Positions 12,472 through 26,199 are shown, numbered from the whole stretch's first letter. The stretch: 63,893 bases of DNA, filler included, from Rhabdomonas costata (GCA_019059605.1; 22 parts of 22 records of this genome joined end to end with filler, not necessarily neighbours in it); one strand, 5' to 3'. The notes: generated from the letters alone by a model not told the origin. Numbers and translations are program-made.

Positions 12472-13700
12472 AGTAGCCTTAGCATTTACAGCGGCTGCTC
12501 TCAGGGTAACAAGCCGTTGGTCGAGCTCGGTAGCATGGGACCACCAAAAGCAAATCAAACTTTGGTTCGGTAGCATTTGCCGAAAAGGGGAAGCCAAAAT
12601 CTCCAGATATCCGCAACACAAAGTGAAAAGACAAAATGGACCAAATGGACATAGAAATTACGCTGAATAACTATCGAACTTTTGCCAGCTGCTGGCGCAA
12701 CGATTCCGCCTGCTCGTCCTTCTCAGTCAGTAAGGCCAGCAAGCGCTTGTGCTCCGCGCTGTTCGCTATCTCGACTTTTTTCGCTTGCTTTCGTTCATCA
12801 TCAAATTGGCACTGCACTTGTTGCAGCTGCTTCTGCAGGTCAAGTTTAAATCGTTGTTCGGCGGTTCTCATCTGGGAGAAAGAAAAAAAATGTTATGCGG
12901 TTTGTCAATGTGGGAATTCTTTATCCTCCCCAGAAAAACATTTAAAACAACGCAGTACACATACCTCCTCCGCTTTTTGCTCCAACTGCTTGCAAAGGCT
13001 GTCTGAACGCGTCTTTTCTTCTTTTTCACTGGCGCTCAGCTTGAGCCCCTGAGCTTCAGCAAAACGAACTGCATCTTTGGCTTGCTTCAGTTGCTGTTGC
13101 AAGGAATTAATCAGATTCGTCTTGTCTCTCACATCCCCCATGGAAGAATAGAGCTCTGCGAATGAATGCATGCAAGGTGCATTATGGGCAGTAAACAAAA
13201 ACAAAAATATTACAAAAACGCGTGCACACGTTTTGATTGAGTGCCCATCTCGGCCTCTAAATCCTTTACTTTCCTCTCCAACCGAATCACAGCATCGGTA
13301 TGGTGAGCAAGCTGCTCAGCCTTTTGCTTTACATCCTGCAACAAACAAATCACAGTATTGCATTTTCCGATTGGCACTAGAGAGACAGTGCCGAACGTTG
13401 CACACCCGCTGAAGGTCGCAGATGGTCTTTTGTTGGGCAACAAGTTTTTCGATATCAGCTTGGCGCTGACTCTTACTTTCTTCTGTGGATTTCTTAAACT
13501 CACGAATCTGAAACTGAAGTTGCTTGTGTGCAGCATCGAGCTGTTCAATTTGTTGTGTTCGAGTCTGCAGCAGCCGCCGACATTTATCAAGCTCGGCGAC
13601 AGTTTCCTGAAAAAGAAACAAGAAGAAAACTTCCAAGTACGAATAAAGAGTCCGGGGTGGGTTTTGAATCATGTAGGTTACCGTGGACAAGTGAACACGT
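11843..13700 (-). CDS. Multi-exon coiled-coil protein, unknown family
   Basis: Series of short GT-AG introns separating Q/E/K/L-rich heptad exons (ETVAELDKCRRLLQ..., DVKQKAEQL..., LQQQLKQAKD..., MRTAEQRFKLDLQKQLQQ..., VQRENASLEQQL...). Boundaries approximate. Confidence 0.75.
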
Positions 13701-14305
13701 TTTCTTAAGTTTGGACAAAGTTCTTTCTCAGCAGCTGGGACGACGCGTCCTACACTCGCGGCCTGTCGCAGTTTCAGCGGAACAGAAAAGCGACCGTCTT
13801 CGACTCGTCCCCTCTCAAAAGGCTCAACCAATGCCCTCCACGCCCACATAAATCTTGCCATTCAATTACAATAAACACTCCAAGTAGAAACTCGAAGATC
13901 CAATGGCAATGCTTTCTAAACCTCCACACCCGCTGAAATCTTGCTATTCAACGCACACTCAGTAAAAGAAAGTCAAAAACAAAAGCTGAAATAGCGCCTA
14001 GAAGACCCAATCTCAAACAATAGAAATCCGCTCCCATTTTGGACCAAAGTTCCCTGCAGAAAGGCCAGGGACTTCGACCACTAAGTAATCATTAGAGTTC
14101 ATCTTTTTGGACCTCCCAAGAACAATAAAGAGCATAAATAAATTCAATGAAATGAACCCATCGTTTATCGATCGCCATGAATCTCCCGGAAGAGAAAACT
14201 GGCACACCATCGGCAGTCAATTAGGGTTTTAAAACAGACGGCGTAAATGATGAACCCAGAGCTCTTTATCTGGTATTGAACTCTGGGTTTTCCAAAAGTA
14301 GTGTA

Positions 14306-14378
14306 TAGACTTGGGGGCAGCGTCCCCTTTTTTCTCGGTCTTCAACCTCGAAAAAATGGCACGCTGACCCCAAGTCTA
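14306..14378. repeat. Small TA-bounded hairpin (mini-MITE-like)
   Basis: TAGACTTGGGGGCAGCGT...ACGCTGACCCCAAGTCTA imperfect inverted repeat. A second smaller hairpin AACCCAGAG...CTCTGGGTT lies at ~14253-14289. Confidence 0.6.
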
Positions 14379-14953
14379 AGGCAATTTAACCCACCCCCAC
14401 GCCCTGCTGGGAGGGGTTGTTTNNNNNNNNNNNNNNNNNNNNNNNNNNNNNNNNNNNNNNNNNNNNTTAATTAATTAANNNNNNNNNNNNNNNNNNNNNN
14501 NNNNNNNNNNNNNNNNNNNNNNGGTTGTGGTGCAGGAATCAACCTGTATCTAGAGCCTCGTTCCGAGCTTGTGTTCAGGCGTTCTGTTCAGAAGAACTCA
14601 ACGTGCTTTCTAATTTCTGTTTCGGGATGTCCTGAATGAATTTCACCTTCACATGTCGCCTTCTCCGCAGTTTTGCATGCCTTTTTTTTTCCTGTTTTGC
14701 CTGCTGGCGGCGTCCAAGCGCTCAGGCCTGCGCGGTTATGTTCATTGGCGTTGCCATGTTTTTATTATATTTGCTGGCAACTCCAACTTAGTTTTTGATC
14801 GTTTGCTTGCTTGCCTCTTCCTCTTTTAATGAAGGCCCCTGTCGCTCAGTACTCAGGAACAGTTCTGCTTGGCCTCCTGATGAAGCGTTTCCTCCTTATA
14901 TATTATGGATAAGGGGGTGGCCATTGCACGTTTTGGTGCGTGCTCGTTTGTAG

Positions 14954-17300
14954 GTACGTGGTGCAGATTCTGGTGAAGGTTCGGGAGGAGCTGCAGAACA
15001 CGTACCTCTCCAAAGGCCCGGTCTCGCAGATCCAAGTGCGGTCCGGGGAACATACCAAGCTGGTGGTGGTGGGAGACCTCCACGGCCAGCTCGCCGACCT
15101 GTACGCCCCCCTCGGATTTCCTTTTTGCTTTTTCATTGCGTGGGGGCTTTTCCTATTGATTTGATCCCATCTATTTTCCTTGCATAGCGCATTTTTTGAG
15201 CTTTTGGAACAGTGAGTGCTTTTTGCTGTGTGCCGCAAATGTTGCAACATATTGCGGTCATTTGGACTGGATGATTTCTGAAACCCCGTGGACCGCGCTT
15301 TTGAAGCGTGCTGGCTTCTCGTTTTGTCTGCAGTGAGAAAGCCCCTTGGCGATTGTAGATATGGAAGGCTGCCCATTTACATGCATCCGTGCACATGCGT
15401 CGCCTGGAGGTGGGTGGTGGATGTCTAGCAGGGGGCCAACGCCGCCGGTAGGTTTTTTTAGAAAGTGTGCAAAAGTGCTGCATGAAAACGAGCAGATTGC
15501 TTCACTGGGCGGAGGATGTTGTACGTCCTTTCGAAGCACCTCTGTCCAAGCCTTTTTCTCTTGAACATGCTGTCTCTGCTGTGTGTCTGGCCGGCTGTGG
15601 AAGTGGAGGACTCAGGGGACTCTCGCGGAGGTGCACTCTGGGTGCCCATACACCCGGACAGGAAAAAGCGCGAACACCGATGAGAATTAGAAATCGCTCA
15701 AAGAATGCTTTTGTCAGTCGTACCTTGGCTTGTCATTCCGCAGGCTGGTGATCTTCAACACCCATGGGCTTCCTAGCCCCACAGGGACGCAGTACTTGTT
15801 TAACGGGGACTTCATCGACCGCGGCCCCAACGGTCCGACTCCTCTCCTTGTTTTTCTCCTTTTCTCTTTTCCAGTTCTGCTTCCAACTCCTGCCTGTCTT
15901 TTTCGGCCATCTGGTTACCTGCTCAGTCACTTTTCTCATGCCCTTTGCTGTTCTTCCGCTCTCGCGCGGTCAAAAGGATTAAAATAGTCTAAAGTTAGCA
16001 TCATCACCCGCTCCTGTGATGCAATGGGCTCTAAAACAATGGACTGCATGGGTTCTCCGCGTGTGTTCAGGCCCACTATCAATAATCTCTTTATTTGGCT
16101 GTCAGATCGGCTTCTGCCTCATATCAGCACGACAGTCTTGTCCCCTCTCCTATGTGAGAGAGTGTATTTGGACATCTTCTTTCATATTGAAGTATCTTTA
16201 TTTGTGAGGATTCTGAGTGCAGGTATCCCATCAAGCGTTAAGTTTGCTTTGAATAAGATCCACTGAAGATGTGCCGTCATTGCTGCGGGGACAATGCATG
16301 CGCGGAATGTGATAATGTTTCCGAGCAAAATTGTGTCCCCGTCGCGCCTAAGGCATCGTGAGTATTTTTTACTCTTCCCCTTTTTTTATAGCTTCTTTCC
16401 TGATTGATGTGACCACCAGCACCTTTTCCGGCGTTTGTAGTTTTCTCGCCCTTCTCAGCGATGTCACCTTCACACAACCGCACTGACCTCGCTTTTTCGG
16501 TTTAAGCTCTGACCACCCGCAAAAAAAAAGGTGTGGAAATCCTGCTGATCCTGTTCGCGTTTAAGCTGCTCTACCCGGCCTCGGTACACCTCAACCGGGG
16601 CAACCACGAGGACTCCGCCATTAGCCGGGAGTACGGGTTTGCGCGGGAGGTGGGCCGGAAGTATTCCCGAGGGCAGATGTTCAACCTTTTCATGAACGCG
16701 CTGCTATACATCCCCTTGGCCACGGTGGTGGACAATGCCGTATGTGTGCTTGTGGAGGGGGGGGTATGTGTGCTCCGCAGGAATGGCAGAGAAGCTCCTA
16801 AGTGTATGCAGTGCATTGCGTCCAGATGTGGTTCTGTTTATTTATCTGTGAACATTAGAAGCTGGGTCGTCTCCTTTCTTACTTAGATGTTCACTCTTCC
16901 CAACCCGGGGCGATGGCGTGGTGGCACAGTAGCCCTTTTTGGCATCCCGTCTGTGGGGGCATGCCCCCATGGTCCGTGATGCTTCTATGGAAAAATTGTT
17001 TGCATGTCATCAATGTCCCTCATCGGGGGCAACTTCTGTTTGCAGTTGTATGCATCTTTATTGTGAGCGCATGTCTTTGTCCTGCGAGTCCTGCGAGAAA
17101 GAGAGAGATTGTGGTAGGATCTCAGATTTCATCTCGAAGGGAGAATCTTGTGATAATCGCGTATATATGTTGTGTCTTTGTATTGCTGGTTGGCGCTGAG
17201 TGGTCATGTGCTATCGTGTGCTACTCTTTGATGTAATTGGCTTTGTCAGGTCTTCGTTGTTCACGGAGGGCTTCCTCGGAATAAGGGCCTCTCCATTACG
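14954..17300 (+). CDS. PPP-family Ser/Thr protein phosphatase (PPEF/PP5/PP7-like), internal exons
   Basis: Exons 14954-15100, 15744-15832, 16531-16739, 17250-17300 encode GDLHGQ, YLFNGDFIDRG, LNRGNHE and VVHGGL in order with consistent phases. Confidence 0.93.
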
Positions 17301-18733
17301 GTACAGCTGTCCCCCCACCCAACCCNNNNNNNNNNNNNNNNNNNNNNNNNNNNNNNNNNNNNNNNNNNNTTAATTAATTAANNNNNNNNNNNNNNNNNNN
17401 NNNNNNNNNNNNNNNNNNNNNNNNNGGGGTGGTGTGCATGCAGCAGGCAACATCTTTCGATGCGCCGCGGAAATTGGGTGAACGAACTTGCATCCAGTTT
17501 GCAGGGCGCTCGTCGTGGGGAAAAGTCGGGGGTAGTCGTGGGGAAAGCACTTCGGGGCTGTGCTCGAATTGCGTGTTCACACAGGAGGTGTCGAGTCCTC
17601 CGGTGATGAAGGCCCTCCCCATCGGCAGTCACGGTGATGAAGGCACTCCCAGCACTCCGGAACAGCAGGTTGTCACGACAAGCTCACTTACTTCGCAAAT
17701 CGGACTTAGATGAAACTGCAACGTATATTGCTCATCCCTATTGCTTTTTTTGTTTGAGTATTTCCGTGTGAAGGTTTGAAATAATACTGCAAATCAAAGA
17801 GGACAAAGAGTGGGGGGTGTTTCAGGCTAACAGTTTATTTCCTGTTCCTGCAAGTTTTCTGGATGGGAAACGTCCATCTTTCGCGAATGCGAGACGACGA
17901 GAAGGTGCCCATGAACTCAGCAGTGAGGCCGAAGCGGCAAGTGATTCAAATAGTATCTTTGCAAAGCACCTAATAGGAAAGGGAACCAACATTTTCGTCG
18001 CGAAGGCAAGGATCTAGCAATCATGCTTTGGCTTGTGGCAGAGAAGAAATAAAGCCCGCATCAGAATGCCAAAGCCAACTGGAAACGTGGCAGTGGTGCT
18101 CCCTCTGCCCCCTCTGCCGCTCCCATCGTCGGTAAAGGTTTGCGCAAGTATGTACGTGGAATGAGTATTTCCCACCTCCTTGCCTCTTCCTCATCTCCAG
18201 CAGCTTTCGAGAACTCTGCTGGTTCAGGTACATTCCCCCGCAGTGACTGTAATCATGAAAACGGCAATAGAACCAGAACAACACAACTACAGACGTGCAG
18301 TGACGTCCCGCCCAAGTGTACACTTCGGTGAAAGGGAGCAGGATCCACGGAGGGGAGCTTTTCCCTACCCCACCCATCACAAGGGGGTGGAGACAATTTA
18401 CAGAGAAGCTGTTCAGGTGTGCCGATCGAGAGGACAACTGATTGAGAGGAGGTGGGCCCGGGGAGAGGGTCCCACCCGAAATGCAAGTGTTGCAAGAGTT
18501 TAGCAGCGCACCATGCGTGCGTGGGGAGCCACGCCTGCTGTGACCCCAACTCTTTCTACAGAAGAACACAGACACAAACCAAAGACGCAGCAGCCCGCTA
18601 CACAGGCACTCCACCCCCTTCCTCCGTGCCGAACTTCCCTCCATTTCGTTAGACGCAGAGATGCACCCTAGTACTCCGCAAGGCTGTCATCACCAGCACC
18701 GGCAGGATCCATGGGACCCCTACGGGAGATACA

Positions 18734-18739
18734 AACAAT

Positions 18740-18783
<44 letters not shown>
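18734..18783 (+). repeat. (CAA)n microsatellite
   Basis: Direct reading of the sequence. Confidence 0.95.
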
Positions 18784-19881
18784 ACCACAACTTTCCAGTA
18801 AGCCTGAAGCTCGAAAATGTAGAGACGCTATGGGTTTATGGCTATATGGTTTAAGGGGCCGATATACATTGCTTGCCCCATCCATCCATCCATCCTCCGT
18901 CCCCCACGCACGAGAGCGCTTTGGATTTGTTTCACGGCGGTGCAAGGCAAAGGATGTAAATCGAGTACAATGAGGGTAGACAGTGTGTCGGTAAGGTAAA
19001 TCATGTTACCTTGCTGAGCAGTAGCGGTTGCACAATTGTGTGAGTAATTTAGAAATCTTGAGGACAAAATAGGCATTACGCGTTATTTGCCTCATCGGGA
19101 AGAATGACGTTATCACAGAAACGAAGGAAACAGGCTGAGGCGGCAAAAACTGCCCTGCAGTGCCGGGGTAGGCTGTGGGGTAGCTGTGGTATGCCGAGGA
19201 GACCTCCTCGCGGAGTCTCCGCAGGGCATCTCGGGTGCCCCGCTCCGAAGAAACGTCTGAGCGCATGCACATAAAAGGCACTGTGATAGGTTTGGGGCGG
19301 GGGCTTCTGACTGTAGCAGGTGTAAAAACAATGAGAGCATAATTTATTTTTTCCTCAACTTTTTTGGGCTTGGCGGATGCTCGCGAACTGCCATTTTCTT
19401 GGCTTTTCAACGGGCCTAACAGCTCAAAAACGCTGCGCGTCGAATCGCACCCTTTGCGACCCGCCTTGACGTAATTTTGCAAACAAAGAATGGCGTTTTG
19501 CGCGGTCGAAAGACTGAGCGCGCGCAGACAAACACAATGCAACTTCCAGTCCAACTGAAAACCCCATTTAAGATTGGCGTGCATGACAGGTACACAGCGA
19601 CTCTCATGTGCGTACCTCCGAATGCTCATAATACATACTTTCCCAAAAACAATTTCACATGCTCTGGGTCCTTATTGTGGTTTCGCTTCAATTGCCGCGG
19701 GTCTGGGCCCGCCATCCAACCGCACGCTTGGAAAGGCTGACAAACGCCAACTGTGATCAACCAGCCATGTGAGATCACGCAAGGGACCGAAAAAGAGCGC
19801 TCGTGTGTGTGCGTGTGCGTGTGTGTGCGTGAACGTGTGCGTGCGCGTGACGCGACTCGCACACTGGGGGGGGGGGCACGG

Positions 19882-20229
19882 ACCAGCGACATCGCGTTGA
19901 GGAACGCGAGCCAAGCTCTGCGATACGAAATGAAGAAACCCTTAACAAACCCAGCTCCACCCCGTCAGCTTTCTCTCTCCCCGTTTTCAGTAGTATTCCA
20001 AACATACATGCATCACCCCAAAAAAATTACCAGTCGCTGATCCAACATTCCAATCGGAGTCTGCGCTGGTGAGATCTGGCACAGTCTACTCGCCATGCCA
20101 AACAGAAACAGCAATGATGCCCTTTTGACAAAACAAAGCGGTACAAAGACAGACGAGTAAAAGAGACAACAACAAAAAAGCTTCGTATCGCAGAGCTTGG
20201 CTCGCGTTCCGCAACGCGATGTCGCTGGT
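19882..20229. repeat. 48-bp inverted repeat pair with 252-bp interior
   Basis: 19882-19929 ACCAGCGACATCGCGTTGAGGAACGCGAGCCAAGCTCTGCGATACGAA versus 20182-20229 (47/48 match); the right arm is cut by the contig end. Confidence 0.9.
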
Positions 20230-20857
20230 NNNNNNNNNNNNNNNNNNNNNNNNNNNNNNNNNNNNNNNNNNNNTTAATTAATTAANNNNNNNNNNNNNNN
20301 NNNNNNNNNNNNNNNNNNNNNNNNNNNNNGTGTGGGGGGGGCCATGTGGATACTCCTGGGCGGCGTACAATATTTCTGGGGTCTACCCACGTGCGTTGAC
20401 AGTCCCGGCTGCAGAGGCTACGTATGCAAAAGGTCTTCCAGAACGAGTAAAAAAGGGGGTCAATATTACGCTGACACGGCCTCTGGTGCAGCTACCCTTG
20501 GATATGCCGAAAGCCGGGGGTCTAAATGCAAAGGCCCGCAAAGGAACAAAATATGGACCGATCCACCACTGGGCCCGTGAAAATTTTCCGACAAAAACCT
20601 GCGTAGCTCGAGTTCAGAGGTCAAGGTAAGGTCTCTCTGGTCCTTTGTGGTCCGGAAAGTGACCATGGGGTATGCCACCCAACAAATAGGATATGGTTCG
20701 GGAATAGCATCATCATGCATCATGTATCGCACCCAAAGAACCGGTGGCAAAACCCAATCCAAAACAATCAATCCAACCGATATCACACCGCAGGTGCCGA
20801 GTGTGTCGAGTGGAGGAAAATTGGGAGCGGGGCGTACCCGCGGTGATTGTACCGTAC

Positions 20858-22910
20858 CACGACGTCCTCTGTTGTAATCAGCTGCTCGTTGATGAAGGAG
20901 GTCACCAGAGACTTCTGGTACGACGAGAACTGCAGCAGCAAAGTGACCACCTGCAGGAGAAGAACAGCAGAAGGGGTGAGGTGTAAAAATTTAACCCTCT
21001 GCTACTGGTACCGGGCACCCCACACGACAGTTGCGACAAGAAAGGTGCTACTAGCTCTTATAGGGCTCCGACTTGACAGACCAGGAAGATCGAGGTTCTG
21101 ATGTACGACTTTCCACCAAGCCTTCGTTTCTCTCACTTTCGACCTCAGCTGAAAAAGAAGATTCAGGCCCGCGCGGAGAATACCCGCTACTTCACAGGAC
21201 CCCGCAATGGAATCACAACCAAACAGACAGACTGACAGACAGAACACACACACTATGTGCACAAGCATGGTTTTTGCGGAGGTCTTTTCTGCCCCCAGCG
21301 GGCTTTCGGATACTCTCCTGCTGCCTGGCAGCTTCTCCGGGTAGGAATCACCCCTCTGTTGCTGGGCGGAGGTGGTTGGTAAACCTCAATGGGACATGAC
21401 ACACACACACACACACCCAGCCGTGCACGGAGGAGCACTCCGGGGCGGTCAGGCTCCACAGCCGCCGCAGCAGAGCGCGCGGCAGCTTTGGGGAGCCCCA
21501 CAGCACGCCGTGGAGGCGGGGGCCTACTAAGGCAGGTTCCCCCCGCATCAGCGAAAGCAGAACGTTGGCCGCAGCCAGCGAAAGCCGTGGCGAGGGGTAC
21601 GGCACTACGTGGTCTGCAGAGAATAGGTTCAGGGAGGGGGGAAGTGCCACCAGAAACCACACAGACACACAGACACACACATGAACATCAAAGCATGCTT
21701 CGCTACGGTCCGCCCAGGGGGGCGGAACAATGATGGTGCTTCGCTAAGCTGACTCGACGAACTATCTGATGCTGCGAGAGTCGTGGGATCTAAGCTGCTC
21801 GCTCACTCCCCCACGTGCGCAGCCTGTTCGGGGTGTTGCTTTGGGGAGCGGGACTTCCGGGGAGACCTTGGCATGGGGCACAGTCCAGAGCAAGATTGCA
21901 AAATTGGTCATATCGCTTCGGAGAAAACTCATGAAGCATACTTGTGCATATTCACAAATGTGCAGGTTACTCCCATGCATTGGACGCGCGCATCCACACA
22001 AACATCGGCTGAAAATAGACAAAGAACACTAAAATCACGAAGAGGTGAGGACATGAACCCAGAAACCAGGGCAACAAGTCAATAGTAAATATTTGTGAGG
22101 GTGAAGGGGCAATTCAAGAACAAATGAGCTGCGATCCAGCTGTCATTCATGTCAGGAGGAACTGCTCGCTTCATTCATGGAATATAAGGCGGGAAGAAAA
22201 TACGGGACCCGCGAAAAGGGAGGGAAAAGGTATTGGTCACACACCAGCAAGAACAAGCACCCACTCTGGAACACCGTCAAAGTCCAAAGGAGTAGTTCCA
22301 TTGAAGGCTGCAAAAGGGGGGGGGATGGTGCACAAACACGCGCAGATAGATGCGTAAGAAACACGGCAAAAAGGCGTTCTGGGGACAAAGGAGGTTTACA
22401 AAGGAGCAAATCGTGATGGCGAAGGGTATTCCCTGCTCTTTCCATTAGCCGAGGGATAAGTGAGAAAGTATGACATCATGGATCCCATGCTACTTGGTGC
22501 TAGTGCAAGCCATCCATCGCCCAAGCCATTTTTCAGTGCACCACCGTGAAAGAAAGAGACAGAAAGAGAGAGAGAACGAAACGAAAGGAAAGCTGAATGT
22601 GTCGGCAGTCTGAAGGATGAAGTTTGGTGAGAGGAGAATTGGGCTGACCTCGGGCAGTGCTTTGACTCCTACTATGATGGAAAACCAATCCGCACTTGTG
22701 CGCCCTTTCAGGTTCCGTTCTGATGAAGTTGCCTCTGATTGGTAGCTGTGGAAACCCATCAACTACACCGTCGCAAACTGATAACGCAGACACACAGAGG
22801 CATACAAAGTTGCTCCAGGAGCTTCAGCAGCAGCGAGCAGGCCGCATAGAAGACGTTCTGGGCGCCGTCCTCTGTTCCCCCACGAAGCTCAGGTATAGCA
22901 GACCCACACA
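20858..22910 (-). CDS. Unidentified multi-exon gene (helical, Leu-rich exons)
   Basis: AG/GT-bounded exon 20950-20858 (VVTLLLQFSSYQKSLVTSFINEQLITTEDVV). GC-rich exon candidates at ~21615-21420 (RLSLAAANVLLSLMRGEP...) and ~22900-22805 (QNVFYAACSLLLKLLEQL). Confidence 0.45.
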
Positions 22911-23684
22911 CCTCTGCAAGGCGAGGAGCAGGAGGGTTATTTCAATGAGCGTCCTCTGGCACAAAGACTAATGATGATCCACGGTGATCAAGGGTTCCTC
23001 TTTCCCCGTGTCCCCAAAAAGCAATCACGGGAACCATCCACTGCCCTTCAGGCGCCAAGTTGTGACTCACCTTCCGGTAGCACCTGGAATCCAAGTGGCA
23101 CGTGCAGGGCCCTCCTCAGATACCACCACAANNNNNNNNNNNNNNNNNNNNNNNNNNNNNNNNNNNNNNNNNNNNTTAATTAATTAANNNNNNNNNNNNN
23201 NNNNNNNNNNNNNNNNNNNNNNNNNNNNNNNCCGGAACGCGTGGGGCGGGTGTGGTCTTTTGGTGGTGGTGGGTAAGCGCTAGCACTGTGTTGGAGTTTT
23301 GTTTCAACAACAAGTTTGCACAATACAGCATCGCCCAGCGCGAAACAGAAGGCCAACAACAGTAGAGAGAAACGCAGCAAGGCCTGGGAGCCAGAAGACA
23401 AACAGACGGGAGAGAAAGGTCCCCTTGCGCGATTGTGGTTCCATTTCGTGAACCAAAACAGCGGTGGGTTGGAACTTTTCTGCGTCTGTGTAAAGTCTTG
23501 GCGCGAGGAAATGGCGAAAAAGAATCGCGTTTGTCCGACAGTTTGTGGAATAATTTGGAGTCATGCTTTGTTTTTTCCTCGCTGTAAAATCCCTCCAACT
23601 TTCGTTCGCTGTTTGGCTGCGTTGGGCTGACGTGGCGTCATTCTCTGGAGTTTGCTTTCTGTACCTTGGTTTTTGGAATAATCA

Positions 23685-25846
23685 ATGACATTATCTTCGT
23701 CCTCCTCGTCGGGGAGTCCTGTGGCGGGCATCTCACCCATTTCCAAGCCTGGGTTGCTTCCCCTTGCGCCGTCGCCGGCTCGCTCGCTCATAGGGTCCGA
23801 CGTTAATGGTTATGATTATGCAGCAGCAGCGAGCGGGTTTCTCTCAGGCCTGGTGGGCGTGCTGGTTGGACATCCATTTGGTTCGCGTGCACTGGCTTTC
23901 GAATCCTATTTTAATTTTTCTTTCTTCTTGCAATTGCTTTTTGTTTTGCTTTCAGTGCTTTCAGGGTAATACCGCGGAGGCTCCGTTCGTGCAGGCTGAA
24001 CGAACCGCCTCGTCAGACAACACAAACTCGGAACCGCCGGTGCATCAACGCGGTTCAGCAGTTTTCAGAGTTTTATCCTGCAAAACTACGCCGAAATTTT
24101 GGATCATCGTGCATCCACCCGAATAAAACCAGCGGTTCCCAACATGCTGCCCCCCCCAAAATAAACGGTCAATCATAGATAGGGCACAGTGGATACAGTG
24201 AGAAACGCTGCGCTTTCATCCGCTCAGATACTTTGAAGACCAGAGCCCAAATGGGTTGGGCTCAGGGCGGCTCTGCTGTGCTGCAGACCACCCTCAAGGA
24301 GCAGGGTCTGGCCGGGCTGTACCGGGGAGTCTTCTTTCCTTTGATGAGTGCGGGGTGGGTATGCCCTTTTTGCACTGTGGAAGAAAAGGCTCTTGAGGCA
24401 GCGGTGTCAGATGCAGCAAGATCCTTGGCAGGAGGCAGGAGGCGGGAATGTACAATTGCAATTTTTGCTTTCTTCATTTTCGATTTTCGGATTTTCCGCT
24501 GAAAAGTATTTTTTTTGCATAATTTTGCGTTTCGTTTCCATTTTTTACCCCGATTTTTTTTTTGCTTGAACCCACCTTTTTCACCTCTTTTTTTGGAGGA
24601 AATTTGATGTACCCGAAAAAGGATTGGTTGCCTTTTCCTTGATCCTCCTGACCTTTCCAGCTGAGGTTTCACAAATGAAAACTTGATGTTTACAAAATCG
24701 TAGCGAAGGAAATTTTGGGTTGAATTGCTTTTATTTTAGCATTTTTTTCAGCGCATTTTTGAGTCGGCCGCATTCGTGAGTAAGGCAATCACAGCCAGCG
24801 GAAGATATTCACTATTCACACTTTCACCCCACGAGCTCCACCTGAAAGTTTCGCAGTTGATGCTTTCTTTCATCAGGCATTATTCCCTGCTTGACCCTCC
24901 TGGACCCATTATTTTTCTGCGGTGATCCATTTTCTGAGCTGTCGTTTTTTTATTTTTGCACTTACATTTGGCAATTGATTTCCCTTTCAATCTGGTGTTC
25001 TTTTGTGTGCAACTGCTGGAGTCCCACGGAAGACTTTGGCACTGCAGAATCTATGTGACTGTCTGACTTTGGACAAGCCCATGTTGAAAAGTGTTCTACT
25101 GCACGCGTTGACCCCTGCAAAGCCAAGTTCCCTATTCCGTGGGACAGTTTTGGAGCTTCAAAGCCAAGTGGCTCTTTGCCCTATTTCAGGACGGGAAACT
25201 GCGTAGACCAAAACGGAGTGAGGTTGCCTCAATTAGACTCTGGACGGACACCGCCAATAGCTGCAGTCGTTTTAGGTTTTGGTGGCTCTTTGCAATTTGT
25301 ATGGTTTTTTCCCTAGACGACTGCTCTGACCTTCTCCTTGTACCAAACGGCGAGAAACGGGCTCCGGGGCAAAGTGTGGCCCTACGCGGAAGCCTTTGTG
25401 GCGGGTGTCCTTGGGGGGCTCATCCCTTCGACTTTAGTGTGTCCTGGACTCCTGCTCAAGGTGCAGCTTCAGAGCGAGCGGGGCCAAAAGAGCACAGGTG
25501 TTATCGGGTTGCTGAAGAAGTTCTTCACGACACACGGTGCGCATTGAGTGTGTGCGTGTGTGTCCTTGCAGGTTGTGCACCTGAATCGTTTGCCCTTTTT
25601 TGTTGTGATTTTCCGTGCTCTTTTCCCCGCGGAAAGGACTGGAACAAATTGTGTGATTGTGCTCGGTTTGTCACGGGTCGCCAAGCTCTTTCGTGCTTTC
25701 TGCTTGTGGTTGGACAGGGGTGCGGAGGTCCCTGGTGACGATGTATGCCACGGCCTTTCCGATCAGCTTTGTGACAGACACCATAGGCCGGGGCTTCTAT
25801 TTCGCGTGCTACGACATCTGCAAAACCCACCTGCGCGACAGCGAAG
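23685..25846 (+). CDS. Mitochondrial carrier (SLC25) family protein, 5' part
   Basis: Exons 23685-23880, 24228-24358, 25317-25536, 25718-25846. Motifs GHPFDTLKTRAQ, EQGLAGLYRGV, FVAGVLGG...CPGLLLKVQLQ, GFYFACYDICK. Confidence 0.9.
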
Positions 25847-26199
25847 GTGCGTTTTGGAGGAATTTTTGCGGTTCAACGCCACGCGTGGTTGTAAAGATGT
25901 TTTTAAACGGAGCTTTTTTATATATGCTGGTTTAAAAAGTTTTGGCAAAATGCCACCTTGTCTTTTCTGTTGTTCAGAGAGATGAAATTCGAAACCCTCC
26001 TCTTCTAACATACGATATGTTGACAACCCACCNNNNNNNNNNNNNNNNNNNNNNNNNNNNNNNNNNNNNNNNNNNNTTAATTAATTAANNNNNNNNNNNN
26101 NNNNNNNNNNNNNNNNNNNNNNNNNNNNNNNNGGTGTTGGTGATGCTAATGGCTTACAGAATGTCTCCATCGTCTTCCTCGATGCTGGTCACCCGATGA

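Noticed and set aside
22715..22775. Hammerhead-like CTGATGA-stem-GAAAC
   Set aside because: Extra GTG before GAAA and no convincing stems I/III.
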